Below, piece by piece: positions 13,397 to 25,363 of a stretch of 64,000 nt of DNA. Position 1 is the stretch's first letter. Each line of letters begins with the position of its first letter. The DNA comes from the human T2T-CHM13v2.0 reference genome, Homo sapiens. A program made the translations under genes and the position numbers. The stretch lies in the NCBI RefSeq assembly GCF_009914755.1, contig NC_060936.1; one strand, given 5' to 3'. The notes below the pieces were generated by a model. That model was not told the DNA's origin. It saw nothing but the letters and a program-made list of their open reading frames with translations, and searched no databases.

Positions 13397-13847
13397 TGTT
13401 AAAGAGAACTAAATATGGCCTGAGAAGGGCTCTGTACTTCTATATTTGAGTCCTTGTGGATGAACCGCAACCTAGCTTAATAGGTAGATAAGATTGAAAA
13501 CGTAACTTAGGAGTATGTGCCTGTAACAATAGCTGAGTCTTGGCCCATCCTAGCAGCCATACCTCAACCATTCATACACTGCTGAGTGTTTAAACTGTGT
13601 TGAAATAAGGCAAACACCAAGCTGTAACCAATCCAGCCATTCTGCACCTCGCTTCTAATTTCTGTACGTCATTTCCCTTTTTTTTGTCTATAAATCTTCC
13701 ACCACATAGTGGCACGGGAGTCTCTGTGAATCTGCTGTGATTCTTGGGGCTGCCTAATTTGTGAATCATTCATTGCCCAATTAAACTCCTTTAAATTTAA
13801 TTTGGCTGAAGTTTTTTTTTGTTTGTTTTTTGTTTTTTTTTTACTCA
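13397..13847 (+). mobile_element. MER57A-like ERV1 3' LTR
   Basis: Direct repeat of 9186-9618; 4-bp TSD GGCC at 9182-9185 and 13848-13851. Confidence 0.92.
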
Positions 13848-13851
13848 GGCC

Positions 13852-14222
13852 TAGGCAAAAAATTTGACTAAGGCCCCAAAAGTAAATGCAACAAAAACAA
13901 AAATAAATATATAGGATCTTATTAAACTCAAATTAAGCCAAATTCCATACGTTCTCACTTATAAGTGGGAGCTAAGCTATGGGTACACAAAGACATAAGT
14001 GGTATGATGGAATTTGGAGACTCAGGATGGGGGAGAAAGATAGGGGAGTGAGGGATAAAAAAAACTACATATTGTGTGCAATGTACACTACTCAGGTGAT
14101 ACATACACTAAAACTCAGACTTCACCTTTATACAATTCATCCATGTAACCAAAACCACCAGTATCCCAGTTCATCCATATAACCAAAAACCACCAGTATC
14201 CCAAAAACCATTGAAATTAAAG
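13852..14222 (+). mobile_element. L1PB LINE-1 3' portion
   Basis: ORF2 resumes across the provirus (attggcc|taggcaaa), then an L1PB-type 3'UTR 'ttctcacttataagtgggagctaagctatggg...'. Confidence 0.88.
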
Positions 14223-14274
14223 TATATGTTTATATTTTTTACATATATGTTTCATATATATAAACTTTACATAT

Positions 14275-14826
14275 GTATAAAGTTCAATTTATACATTACA
14301 CACAGTAAAAGGTTAACAGCTATTAATAAAGTACAACAATTATATTAATAATAATATGCTATAATAAAACTTACATGAATGTGGTCTCTCTCTCAAAATA
14401 CCTTTTTGTACTGTATTCACCCTTCTTGTGATAATGAAGTAAAGTGAATAATATAGGTATTGTGCTGCAGCATTAGGCTACTACTACCTTCTGAAGCAAC
14501 CTGAGAGGAAGGTTTATTTGCTTCTAATGACCCTGGTTCATTGAGCCATGATGATGTTAATGGTTGGACATTAGTAGCAGACAACGTTTATGACCATTAG
14601 GCAGACAGCATCTACATCATGGAATCACTGGATGAAGGAATGATTCACATCTGAGGGGTTTCAGCAGAAGGACACAAGGTTTCATCACTCTACTGAGAAC
14701 TACACACAAGTTAAAACTTATTAATTGTTTACATTTGTAATTTTCCACTGAATATTTTCAGACCATGACTGACCATAAGAAACTGAAACCACAGAAAATG
14801 AAACCACAAATAAGGATGGGCTACTG
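14275..14826 (+). mobile_element. MER44 (Tigger7 family) 3' part
   Basis: Resumes MER44 consensus (ataaagttcaatttata...gaatgtggtctctctctcaaaata) and ends in TIR '..ataaggatgggctactg' plus TA. Confidence 0.85.
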
Positions 14827-15739
14827 TAGGAATAAATGGACAAACCCCTTAGAGTGCCTGAATCTACAATATGTCAGCAAAAGAACCTACAATATATGCC
14901 TGAAGTAAATCACCTTCAAGTATGTTCAATCATTCCTTCTCTTTATTCAAAATTGAAATTTCCAAAATTCAATTTGGAATTGAATTTTGCCCTAACTTTG
15001 TCAGGGCAGGGAAGAACATCTTAAAAAACAGTCCCCCAAACCTGCTGATGTTCCCCCAATGTAACATCTGTTGTTTGGCTTCCAAGATAACTGAGGATAG
15101 ATACCCCACAAGCAAAGAGACCCAGAAGAGTGTTGGATGCTTGGCCAAGGAGTTTGGTCTTCATCTTATAGGCAGAGGAAAGTCATTGGAAAAATAAAGA
15201 ATGGAGATAATCCACACTTCTGTTCTCTTTGGGAACATGATACACTCTGGGAACTGTCAACAAATAAAATCATAAATGAATGCAATATACAAATATGATA
15301 TACAATTCTCATGACATTTATTGGTGAGCAATCTGGATGTTAGAAAGAGGAATGAAGTTAGAAGTGATTCGTTGAATACAATTTCATTTTGTAGGTAACT
15401 ATGCAGAGAAGCAACATCTGTAGCTTTCCCTTGGTCACAAGTTTACCTACTGGCATTCAAGATTTAGGACTAACTTTCTTTGGTTATTATATGACACCAT
15501 CATGCTGAGCCATTGTGATAAAAGCCTGTGTTAATGTACCTTTCTTCAGTAAAATACTGCTAACAGATCCTATTGTGACTTGGATCATGTCTACAGTATT
15601 CATAATGTTGGGCATTTCTCTCACTATTACTTCAAATGCTGAAGATGTAATGTTTCATCTTTCATTTCCTCATTTATTCAGCAAGGACCTAGTGAGCATC
15701 AGATGCTATGTTGGCTGAGGGTACAAAGATAATAGTAAT

Positions 15740-16185
15740 GGTATTGATAATAATAATATCAACAATAATAATAGAGAACACTTACAAGGTGCCAGACAAT
15801 ATTCTGAGTGCTTTTCATGTGTCAATTCATTTAATCCTCATAAAAAACTGTGAGCAGGGATGGAGAGTGACTGCTGATGGGTTCAAGGTTTCTTTGGGGG
15901 ATGATGAAAATGTTCTAAAATTAGATTGTGGGGTTGGTTGCACAAATCTGTAAATACACGAGAAAACACTGAGTTGAACACTCTAAATGGGTGAATTTTA
16001 TACCATGTGAATTATATTTCAGTAAAGCTCTTAATAAATAAAATTAAACCCAGAAGATAGATTATTGGCCCCACAATGCAGATAAGTAATGTAAGGCACA
16101 GAGAGGTTCCATCATTTGTCCAAGGTCAAAAAGCTGCTAAGACACAGTGCTGGGATTTAAATCCAGGCAGACTCAGAGTCTATAC
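15740..16185 (-). mobile_element. MIR interrupted by a + strand old L1 (L1MC/MB) 3' fragment at ~15857-16045
   Basis: Antisense MIR halves flank 'ggggatgatgaaaatgttctaaaattagattgtg...gtgaattatatttcagtaaagc'. Confidence 0.65.
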
Positions 16186-17316
16186 AATATATATACAGTC
16201 CTTTACCTGAAAGAATTCAAAATATGGGGCATCTTTACAGAAAATGAAGCATACATATATAGCCCTTGTATTTAAGTTTGCAGTTCCATTAAATACACAT
16301 TTGGAGAAAAAGAAAAAGTATATAAAAGAAAGCCAATGGATCGCAGAGTACTGAATATCAGGGCATGTGCCATTATGTCCAAAGCCTGATTCTCCTCCTG
16401 AAGACAGTGTGATCAGGAAAAAGTTTCATAAAATCAGTTGAAGAAAAGAAGGTAAAGAGAGCAGTTTACTCAGTGAGGGTTAACATGACAAGCATAAGCT
16501 GGCCTGTGTGTGGACACCCTTCTCCAGGAAGTCCTAGCACCTGGAGGAACACACAGGAAACAAACGGATAACTGTCGGTGAATGACACTCAGCTAGTTAA
16601 ATAGTAGCTTAGGTTGAATTCCAACTTTCTATACTTTAGATTGACTCAACTTTAGGCCAGAAAAGAAGGCAAAAGAGCCGCACAAGATAATCTGAGATAT
16701 GCAGGCATTAAATGATTTGGTGAGCACCTGGTGTTAATGAGGCCACAGCTCCAGGCTTCTACAGGTCAACTAGTTCTTACACAAAATCTTTTTCAAGAAC
16801 ACAGACTCTGGCTGTCTTGAAAATATATTTAAGTGGTTAAAAAAAAGAACTGAATAAGAGAAAACGGGTGGCTGAGCTCGAATTCTTTTCAACTCTAGGA
16901 AAAACTCACAGTGCATTCCTACTGATGGTGAGCTAAGGACAAAGCATTCCCTAAATAGTATGCATTCAACCATTAACAGATTGTTAACACCACAATGTAG
17001 CAGACATAGGAAATACTTAAACCAGAATGCAGTAACCAAATTTCAGTTCTATAAACTTGCAGTCTGCTTCAAATTCTACTCAACTGTATTTATGCACCAA
17101 GCAATGCACTAATCGTTGGATAAATAAGGCATATGACCTTTTGTGCCAAAAAAGTACACAGTATGTTTCTAAACTCCTCAAAATTTTTAGCATGACTGTA
17201 TTATTACTTAGTTGAATATTTTTCTCATTTGGTAATGAATTATGAGTGTGATATTCATTAGGTCCCAAATAGTGCTCTTCTTATCCACTAAAAGAGCTAC
17301 ATAAAAAATACAAAAG

Positions 17317-17885
17317 TTGTAGCACTATTCACAATAGCCAAGATATGGAATCAGCCTAAGTGCTCATTAACAGATAAACAGATAAAGAAAATGTGGTATA
17401 TATACACAATGGAATATTATTTCACCATAAAAAGAATGAAATACAGTCATTTGCAACAACATTAATGGAACTGGAAGACATTACGTTAAGTGAAATAAGC
17501 CAAAGACACAAAGGCAAATGGCATATGTTCTTACTCATATGTGGGAGCCAAAAAATAGGCTGGGAAGAATAGTGGAGAGGAAGGGATAAAGAGAGGTTGC
17601 TTAATGGGTACAGAAATACAGTTAGAAAGAAGGAATATGATCTAGTATTTGGTAGCACAAACACTTAGGGCGACTTTAGCTGACAATAGTTCATTGTATA
17701 TTTCAAAATAACTAGAAGAGTAGAATTGGAATGTTCCCAACACAAAGTAATGATAAGTGTTTGAGGTGATGGGTATCCCGACTACCCATATTTGATGATT
17801 ATACATTGTATGCTTGCATCAAAGTGTCACATATGTTTCAAAACATGTACAACTATAATGTGTCCATACAAATTAAAAATAAATT
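17317..17885 (+). mobile_element. L1MA (MA4/MA5-like) 3' end, 5'-truncated
   Basis: ORF2 end 'gcactattcacaatagccaagatatggaatcagcc' and L1MA 3'UTR ending in an A-rich tail. Confidence 0.88.
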
Positions 17886-18015
17886 AGTTAAAAATGTAAA
17901 GGCAGATTTTCTTACTAAAATTCAAAAACTGCCTTTATATAAATTACAGAAGAAAATAAATTTTAAATAGGGTGATAAATCCCAAATAATTTATATTTAG
18001 TTTGTGAATGTTCAA

Positions 18016-18017
<2 letters not shown>

Positions 18018-18055
<38 letters not shown>
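18018..18055. repeat. (CA)n microsatellite
   Basis: About 19 CA units. Confidence 0.97.
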
Positions 18056-18058
<3 letters not shown>

Positions 18059-18275
18059 ATGTTCTAATTCAGATATGAGCCCTCTCTGAGTCCAATTTCT
18101 CTATCCACCACAAACTTTACACTTTCTTCTGTTAGCCTACTTATATATGCATACAACTAGTTGACCTGTAGAGGCCTGGAGCTGTGGACTCATCAACACC
18201 AGGTGCCCACCAAATCACATAATGCCTGCATATCTCTAATATATTAGAGGAAGGAGAACTAAGTAGATAAAAGCT

Positions 18276-18405
18276 CAGGTATCCATAAAATGTAATATCT
18301 AAACTAGGACAATGTTGAAAATGAAGAAAGCCATAATGATTACAGTGGGACAATAGAAGGAAACTGGGGCTATACTGGGCAAATTGAGACATTAGAGTCA
18401 CCCTG
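18276..18405 (-). mobile_element. MER94-like hAT-Blackjack MITE
   Basis: Ends in 'gtcaccctg' TIR with internal ggaca subterminal repeats, ~130 bp. Confidence 0.6.
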
Positions 18406-19339
18406 TTAAAAGTCTGTGCTGAGTTCTGAGGTCACACTCTGCTAGTAGTTACAGAGAAACAGCTGAAGGCTTTTCAGTAGTGTTGTTAAATGACCAGAAC
18501 TTCAGGAAGCTTAGCATAGAAGTGGGTTATGGCTCGATTGGAGCAGAGAGAGACTGAGGCTAGGAAAGCCCATGAACATTTTTATGACACCAGTGAAGAC
18601 ATAAGGAAAGGCCAAGCCACGATGGCAGCAATAAAAAGAGAAAACCTATATGAGACATTATCTAAAATCACAGTTAAAGCAGTTAAAGAAGATATACAAG
18701 TTGTGACACTGGTCCAAGTAGTTATAAACTTTTGAACACATCTCAAGGGACTTGATAGGTAAAGGTCAGGCATGGTAGAGCAATTGCCAGCAGGAGAAAC
18801 CAAGGTGAGATCAGATTCCAGGGCCAAAGCTGTTTGCTTCATACTCATTTTTTTCATACTTCCTGTTCATCTGAGTGCCAGGATCACAGGTGTGTGCTTC
18901 ACTCCACGGAGAACTCCACGGGGGGTAGTAAACATCCCCATTCTGTTTACTACCATGGAAGGCATAGGTAAGCCAAGAGGTTCTGTCACTAGTGGGGTAA
19001 TAAAATGCCACCAACAATTGCTCCAGACACCACTTGGTGGCACCAGTACCCTGAAATGATTGAATGCAACCTGCTTATCTTGTTCTTCCATGGGAAATTC
19101 ATATAAACCTTCAGCCAACCCTCAAGTTCAGTTTTTTCCAGGATTATTTGAGTTTGTCGGAACTGTCACATCCTCCTTTATTGTTATCCATGGAGATTCT
19201 GGTAGAAGATGAGAATGTCTTTATTTTAATGATCTCTTATTATTTCAAGTATTCCTTTGAATGTACACACACAGAATTTTGCATAAATATGACCATTTCT
19301 TACTGGATTTTGCCTATATTAGATTCTTCCCTTTTTGTT

Positions 19340-19990
19340 TAGCTTCCTCACCTACCATCACCACAATTCCCCCAACCCCTTCCAGAAAACCCACCTTAAC
19401 AACCTGGTATGTATCTGTTCATATTTTTTCCATCATATAACCTTATACAAATGGATAGATAGACTATAGAGAGACAAATGAATACATACAAAAGTTGTTT
19501 TGGTCATTGATTCATAATGTAGACTCACATGTTCTTCTATACATGTTACTTTTCTATCTCAACAATACCAGGTGGTAATTCTTCAAAGTCAACTGGTATT
19601 GCTCCATTTTGCTCTTTTGAGTGGCTATATTATATTCTATGGTATAAATATGCCTTAATTTATTCACCAACAGTCCCTATTGAAGGGCATTCACTTGGTT
19701 TTACTTTTGCCACATTAAATAATGCTGCTGTTGTCTATATCCTTATGCACTGGTACGGACATAAGTATATATTTTTTTAATTTATGAAATGTTGCCAAAT
19801 TTACTTTCAAAAAGCTGCTTAAAATTCCCATTTCCCCAGCAACGTATGAAAGTACTCCTTCCCTCACATCTTCACTTGCTATGTACAGTTTTGCTTTTTA
19901 CTTTTTCTCAGCTTGATGGGTGTAAAATGATAACTTATTATTATTTACTTTTTGTTTTTCTGACTGTTTGTGATTTTTTTTTAGCATCTT
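19340..19990 (-). mobile_element. Old L1 (L1ME/MC) fragment
   Basis: Antisense L1 3' region motifs ('cattcacttggtttt..ttttgccac..aaataatgctgct', 'attcccatttccccagcaacgtatgaaag'). Confidence 0.65.
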
Positions 19991-21269
19991 TTCAGGTTGT
20001 TGGGCTATTTTGATTTGATTCTTCACAGCATTTGCCCAAAGCAGAGATTTTTTTAAAAGACCTCTACTTAATAAAGAAGCTAGAAGAATATTGCTAAAAT
20101 ATATTTTAGAAAGTAGAAAATATGATTTATTATAGTCACTAATATCCATATGAAATATCTAACACACACTAAAAGCATTGGAATGCCAGAAAATAATCTT
20201 GTAAGTACTATTTAATTTGAAATGTCTCCTCTGAAGACAGAATGTGCCTATTTTTCTCTTCATAAGGAATTGTCTCTTTCATAGTGTTTTACTTCTGATC
20301 GGACAATGTACTTTGCTGTGTATGCTTAAGTAGGATTAGGTATTAAATAGAACCAGTTCCATTTATTTGATTGCCATTCCAAATACTTGCTTTAAAAAAG
20401 AAAGAAAGAACAAAAAATCAGTAGGGAAAGAAATTGTATTTTTAAGCTTCTAAGAAGATTTTATAAACAATAGAGCCCAGAGAACAAAAAAAAAAAAGCC
20501 ATAAAATGACTTGACAGTGTCCTTTTAAGTGAACATATGTGAGTTTTATGCATCCATATGTGTTCACATATGCCCTACATATGCACAGCCAGCTGCTAGC
20601 CGGCCAGATTGTTCAGTGTGTATGTTTACTGGAAAACAAGCCCAAAGTGTTTGGTCTCTTTGTTAGAGAAACAGCTCATAATTTCAAGTATACAAATGTC
20701 AGTTGTTTCTCATTTCTTTTTCTTCCAAGCCAAATGAGCTGTTGATGCTCAATTTGGCAAGAATCTAACTGAGGCTGACTATCAGCCAGCCACAGGAACC
20801 CAGCCCTGAAAGTTTGAGAAATTTTTACAAGAATAAGAAGCTTTTTCCTAATGGCTCCCTAAACCATAGAAAGTTTCCTTAGAGCCTCAGCCAGTTCTCT
20901 CCCACTCAATATCCCAAAGTATAACCGCTAACATTGTTTGGATACTAACGGATTAAGTTAGGGTGTGAAATGGGAATATTAAGTCCTCCCATACTTTGGC
21001 CAAATACTCTTTAGAAACCCTCTTAACAGAGAAGAGCCCGAGGGTGTAGAGATTTTATTTGTGATAGCAACCTGAGCTATGAGCCCTAACATCTCTCCTT
21101 TTATTTCATCTTTTATGACTGTCCCACAGCTTAAAATGATGAAGTAACATTTGGACCAATTTCCAATTGAAGATTAAGCCTTTAGATCAATTATATATCT
21201 GCTTCCACAATTAAGGTATTAAACCCAATTATCACTGTTATCTCTGCAGCCTGAATAGAGGAAGGAAAA

Positions 21270-21520
21270 GCATGTGGAAGCTGGATAGAGTGAAAGAACT
21301 TGTGCTTTGGGGCGAGAGAGTCTGTGTCCCATCCTGGATCATTCCCTGACCATATGGCCTTAGGTAAGCAGCTTCACACTTCCAACTTCAGTGTCCTTAT
21401 CAGCTAGATGAAAATATGCCGATTTCCTAACATTCTGATGAAAATGAAATGAGAAAACCTACGTAAAGAACAATGCACAGTACTGGAGATAGGATAAGTG
21501 CTCAATAAATTTAAGTTCTA
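21270..21520 (+). mobile_element. MIR SINE
   Basis: MIR core and 3' end 'aagtgctcaataaat'. Confidence 0.65.
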
Positions 21521-22794
21521 TTCCCCCTTCTTTACATTTTTCTCACCCTAGTCCCTGCAAAAAGAGAGAGACATGAGAACCAGGAATATTTCTTGATCAA
21601 CGACATAATCCAAAGGTCCCCAATCCTAATGGCAGGGAGGAAAAGGGCTGAATTAAACAAACAAAATTCATTTAAAATGTTGGTTTTTCATATCATAAAC
21701 AGAGTCAGAACTGATAAGTTGTATTTATGTGTGAACATATTCATAAAAACATACTCATTTATTTAGCACCTATTGTGTCTCTATAACAGTACCTGACATG
21801 TACTAGTAGCCACAAATATTTCTTAAATAAATGAATAAAAACCAAGTCATTAGAGCACCATCATAATTTTTTCCTAAGTGCTCAGTTTCCTGGGATTTGT
21901 TTGTTAGTGATGGCTCCTTGCTTTCCAAGGTGAATGGAAAGGAAGGAAGGTAAGGAAGAACTACAAGTATCCATTGTCACAGACATATGCAGCCACTGAA
22001 GAATAACTAGAATTATCTTATCCACCTTCTGGCTTACCAACACAGGCTCCTTCTGTATCTAATCACTTCTCATTCCTTCTTTCCCTTACTCCATTCAACC
22101 TTCATGAAGCTGTCCAACATTTCCTCACAACTGAAAAATACAATTCCTATTGCTGCAGGTGTCCATGTGTTTGGGGCAAAAATGAGCCACTGCTAACAAT
22201 TGTAAAGAAAGAGAGAACAGCTGTTTGCATCTGGATATGGGGTAAGAAAGAACAGCTGCTGGCAGCGGTGGCAGACAAGAAAGTGAGCAAATGAGCAGCT
22301 GTTGGTAATTCAGAATCTCATCAGCCACACAGAATAATTGAAATCCAGAACCATGCAGGGCTCGACTTAACAGCTTTATTGCATCCTGCTGTTCATTAGA
22401 TCCTGCCTGTCCTCCATTAGAGATTCCTGTGATAGCTACATGAGGACTCTCAACAGGAATATCCACCCCGACATCCCCATCCACAACCCTTTGAAGAAGC
22501 AACCCAAGAGAGGTAAAAAGGCACAGACTTTTCTTCCAGTAAGTCCATACCTATTTTTACACAAAGGAAGACAAGGGAAGGGATATTAACACACATGGGA
22601 ATGATCACAAGATTGGCCAAAAATAATTATTTCTGTATTATAAGAAATTATAGCCATTTTAATGATGAACTCACATTTCAGAATTCCAGCAAGCCAGCAT
22701 AAATATGTGATAAGTATAACTTAAACTTGAAAAAATATATTTTGAAATACTGTCAGTGGTTTCAATGTCTCTTTTCATGTATATGTAATCCTAT

Positions 22795-22797
<3 letters not shown>

Positions 22798-22829
<32 letters not shown>
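22798..22829. repeat. (TA)n microsatellite
   Basis: Read directly. Confidence 0.95.
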
Positions 22830-22835
<6 letters not shown>

Positions 22836-24788
22836 CATCCCTCTTTTTTTTTTACTTTTAATAAAAAGAAGAGAAAAACATGTTTGCATCACGCATTACA
22901 AAATGTGTTTGGTTTCCTTTTGGGCTTCATACTAGTTCTTCTAGCCAACTGGAATTCTAGGATAAATCTAGAATAGATTGGATAGGATAAATTTGAGTGA
23001 CCCCAAAATATCAGTCCATCTCTCACCTTGCTTAATACAGAAGAAAAACATCTCATTACTCTCATATATAGAATTCCAATTCTTTAGTCACTGAAAGAAA
23101 CAGTAGAAGAGAAGAAAAAAGAAACCAACCCCAATGTTATTTATTGCTGAACTATATACAACTAAATGTCCCCAAATAAAAGCATATTTAATTATATGGC
23201 AAGTTATCTGTATTTATAAAGGTGATCGTTTTGAAGATGTTAATAGGGGAAATACTTGTGACACAACACTTACGGAGAAGAGTCTGCAAAGATCATTTAG
23301 ACAGGAAAAGTTGAATGCAAAATGTGCACCATAATTAACATTATGGTTTAAAGGTAGGCATAAGACAATTACATGAAAGAAATATTTTTAAATGGAGGAA
23401 GTCAAAATAAGAGAGCAGAAGGGAAATTTTAAATTTCATTTCTTTTGCTATTTTTCTCATTCTGCTGTTATTATAAAACGTAAAAGATCTAAATAATAAT
23501 TAGATTATAATGGAAATTACTGATAAAATCCTAAACTGTTAGTAACGTAAGGACAGGGTCCTTCTTTGTTTTTGATCACCTTTTGTTTCCACTGCCAGAC
23601 ACAGTGTTCAGACATTTAACACATATTTGTTAAATGAAGAAGTAAATGAAATGAGTAAATCCTCTATGTTTTAAAACTGCCATTGCAGAAGAAAGAATGA
23701 AACCACTTCTACCAATGGCATATATGTGACTGAGAAAATACTTCCTCTACTGAAAGGATCAATTAGAAACATCCCTGAAGTTTTACACTCACAGCATCTT
23801 AAAATGGAGACTCCCATGATGAGATATGTGGCCCAACCAGATCTAATGAACCCACGAATTATGAATAATGAGAGGCAGAGAAACTAGCCAACCTCTGAAT
23901 GTGTTTTCAACTGTAAGATATAATTCTATGACTCGGATTAAGAGAAGAAGGAGAAAGATTGATTGCCAAAAATTAATTTCACAGCATCTGACTCTTAATT
24001 TGCCAACTAGAATGGCCAAGACAAAGTTCTAGTAGTTTTGTGCTCCAGGTGGATAACTTTTGCCAAAGTGAAATTGTTTAGTGTAGCTATTCACAGCTCC
24101 CCTCTCAGGTCCAGGGTTTGTTCCCTGGTATGACACTAGAAGAAGCGTTTGAACTTTAAGCAAGTTGGTAAGAACACAGATGCTGTCCACCCTTGATTTT
24201 ACTGCCCCACATTCCTGCAACAGTAGACTCCAAGGTTTAAAGACTTCCATTATGTCAAGAGCTGCCTCTGAATCAACCTTGTCTACTAAACCATTTCCTG
24301 GGAAAACTGTGATACACTCATCATTCTGGTATAAACATCTTAATATAAAGTCTGTTTTCCAGATATTTTAAAACTTCCCCAAGCCCTGCTTGCATAAAGT
24401 GTAAATGTTCCGTGTTAACATAAGGTACGCCTGCATTTTGAGTGTTGAGTAACTCAAGACCCTGACAAACTTGTATGTTATCCAAAATATGTTTGCAGAC
24501 TTTTCCCCGTTGCCTATAAAATAGCATTAAAGGAAGTATCTCACTCCATAAATAAAACTGTCGAGTATTTAAGTGACTTACACTTCATCATCATCATCAC
24601 CAAAACTGTAAAGTGCCCTTTCTCTCCAGGGCTGGGATCATAATATACTGGGCATATTCAACAGATATTTGAGTAACCCACTGAGAAGATGCAGTACTAA
24701 GTTTTTTTTCATCTTTCTTTTCTTTGATTCCTTGACAGCAGGAATCATGCCACCTACTAATCTCCAGATATAATTTCTGTATTACAAA

Positions 24789-25363
24789 TGTAAAGCTTAA
24801 TTTTATGTGATAACTTCACTGGGCCGTGGGGTACTCAGATATTTTGTCAAACATTATTTTGGGTGTTTACATCAGAGCATTTTTGAGTGAGACCAAAATT
24901 TAAATCAGAAGACTGAATAAAGCAAATTAACCTCTATAATGTTGGTGGGACTAATCTAATCAGTTGAAGGCCTGGATAGAACAAAATGGCTAACTCTCCC
25001 CCAGGTAAGACAACAATCTTCTTACCTGATGACCTGTGAACTGGGCATTGGCTTTTATTCTTGCCTTTGGACTCCAACTGAAACATCAGGTCTTCCTGGG
25101 TCTCAAGCCTACCCACCTTTGAATTGGAGCTATGCCATCTGCTCTTCTGGTTCTCAGGCCATCAGATTTAGACTGGAACTAATTTGTCAGCTCTCTCAGG
25201 TCTCCAGCTTGCTGACTCATCCTGCAGATCCTGGGACTTGCCAGCCTTCCTAACCAATCATGTGAGCCAATTTCTGATCATTTCTTTCTGTATAGGAAAT
25301 ATACACACATATCTACACATACAAACTGTTGGTACTGTTTCTCTGGAAATCCTTTACTGACAC
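24789..25363 (+). mobile_element. MLT2B-like ERVL solo LTR
   Basis: Starts 'tgtaaagcttaattttatgtgataactt', contains 'atcagttgaaggcctggatagaacaaaa', ends 'tgtttctctggaaatcc..tgacaca'. Confidence 0.85.

Noticed and set aside
18928-18939. gtaaacatcccc matches nt 2-13 of miR-30d
   Set aside because: The match stops after 12 nt and runs into the loop of a hairpin far too short to be a pre-miRNA; most likely chance.
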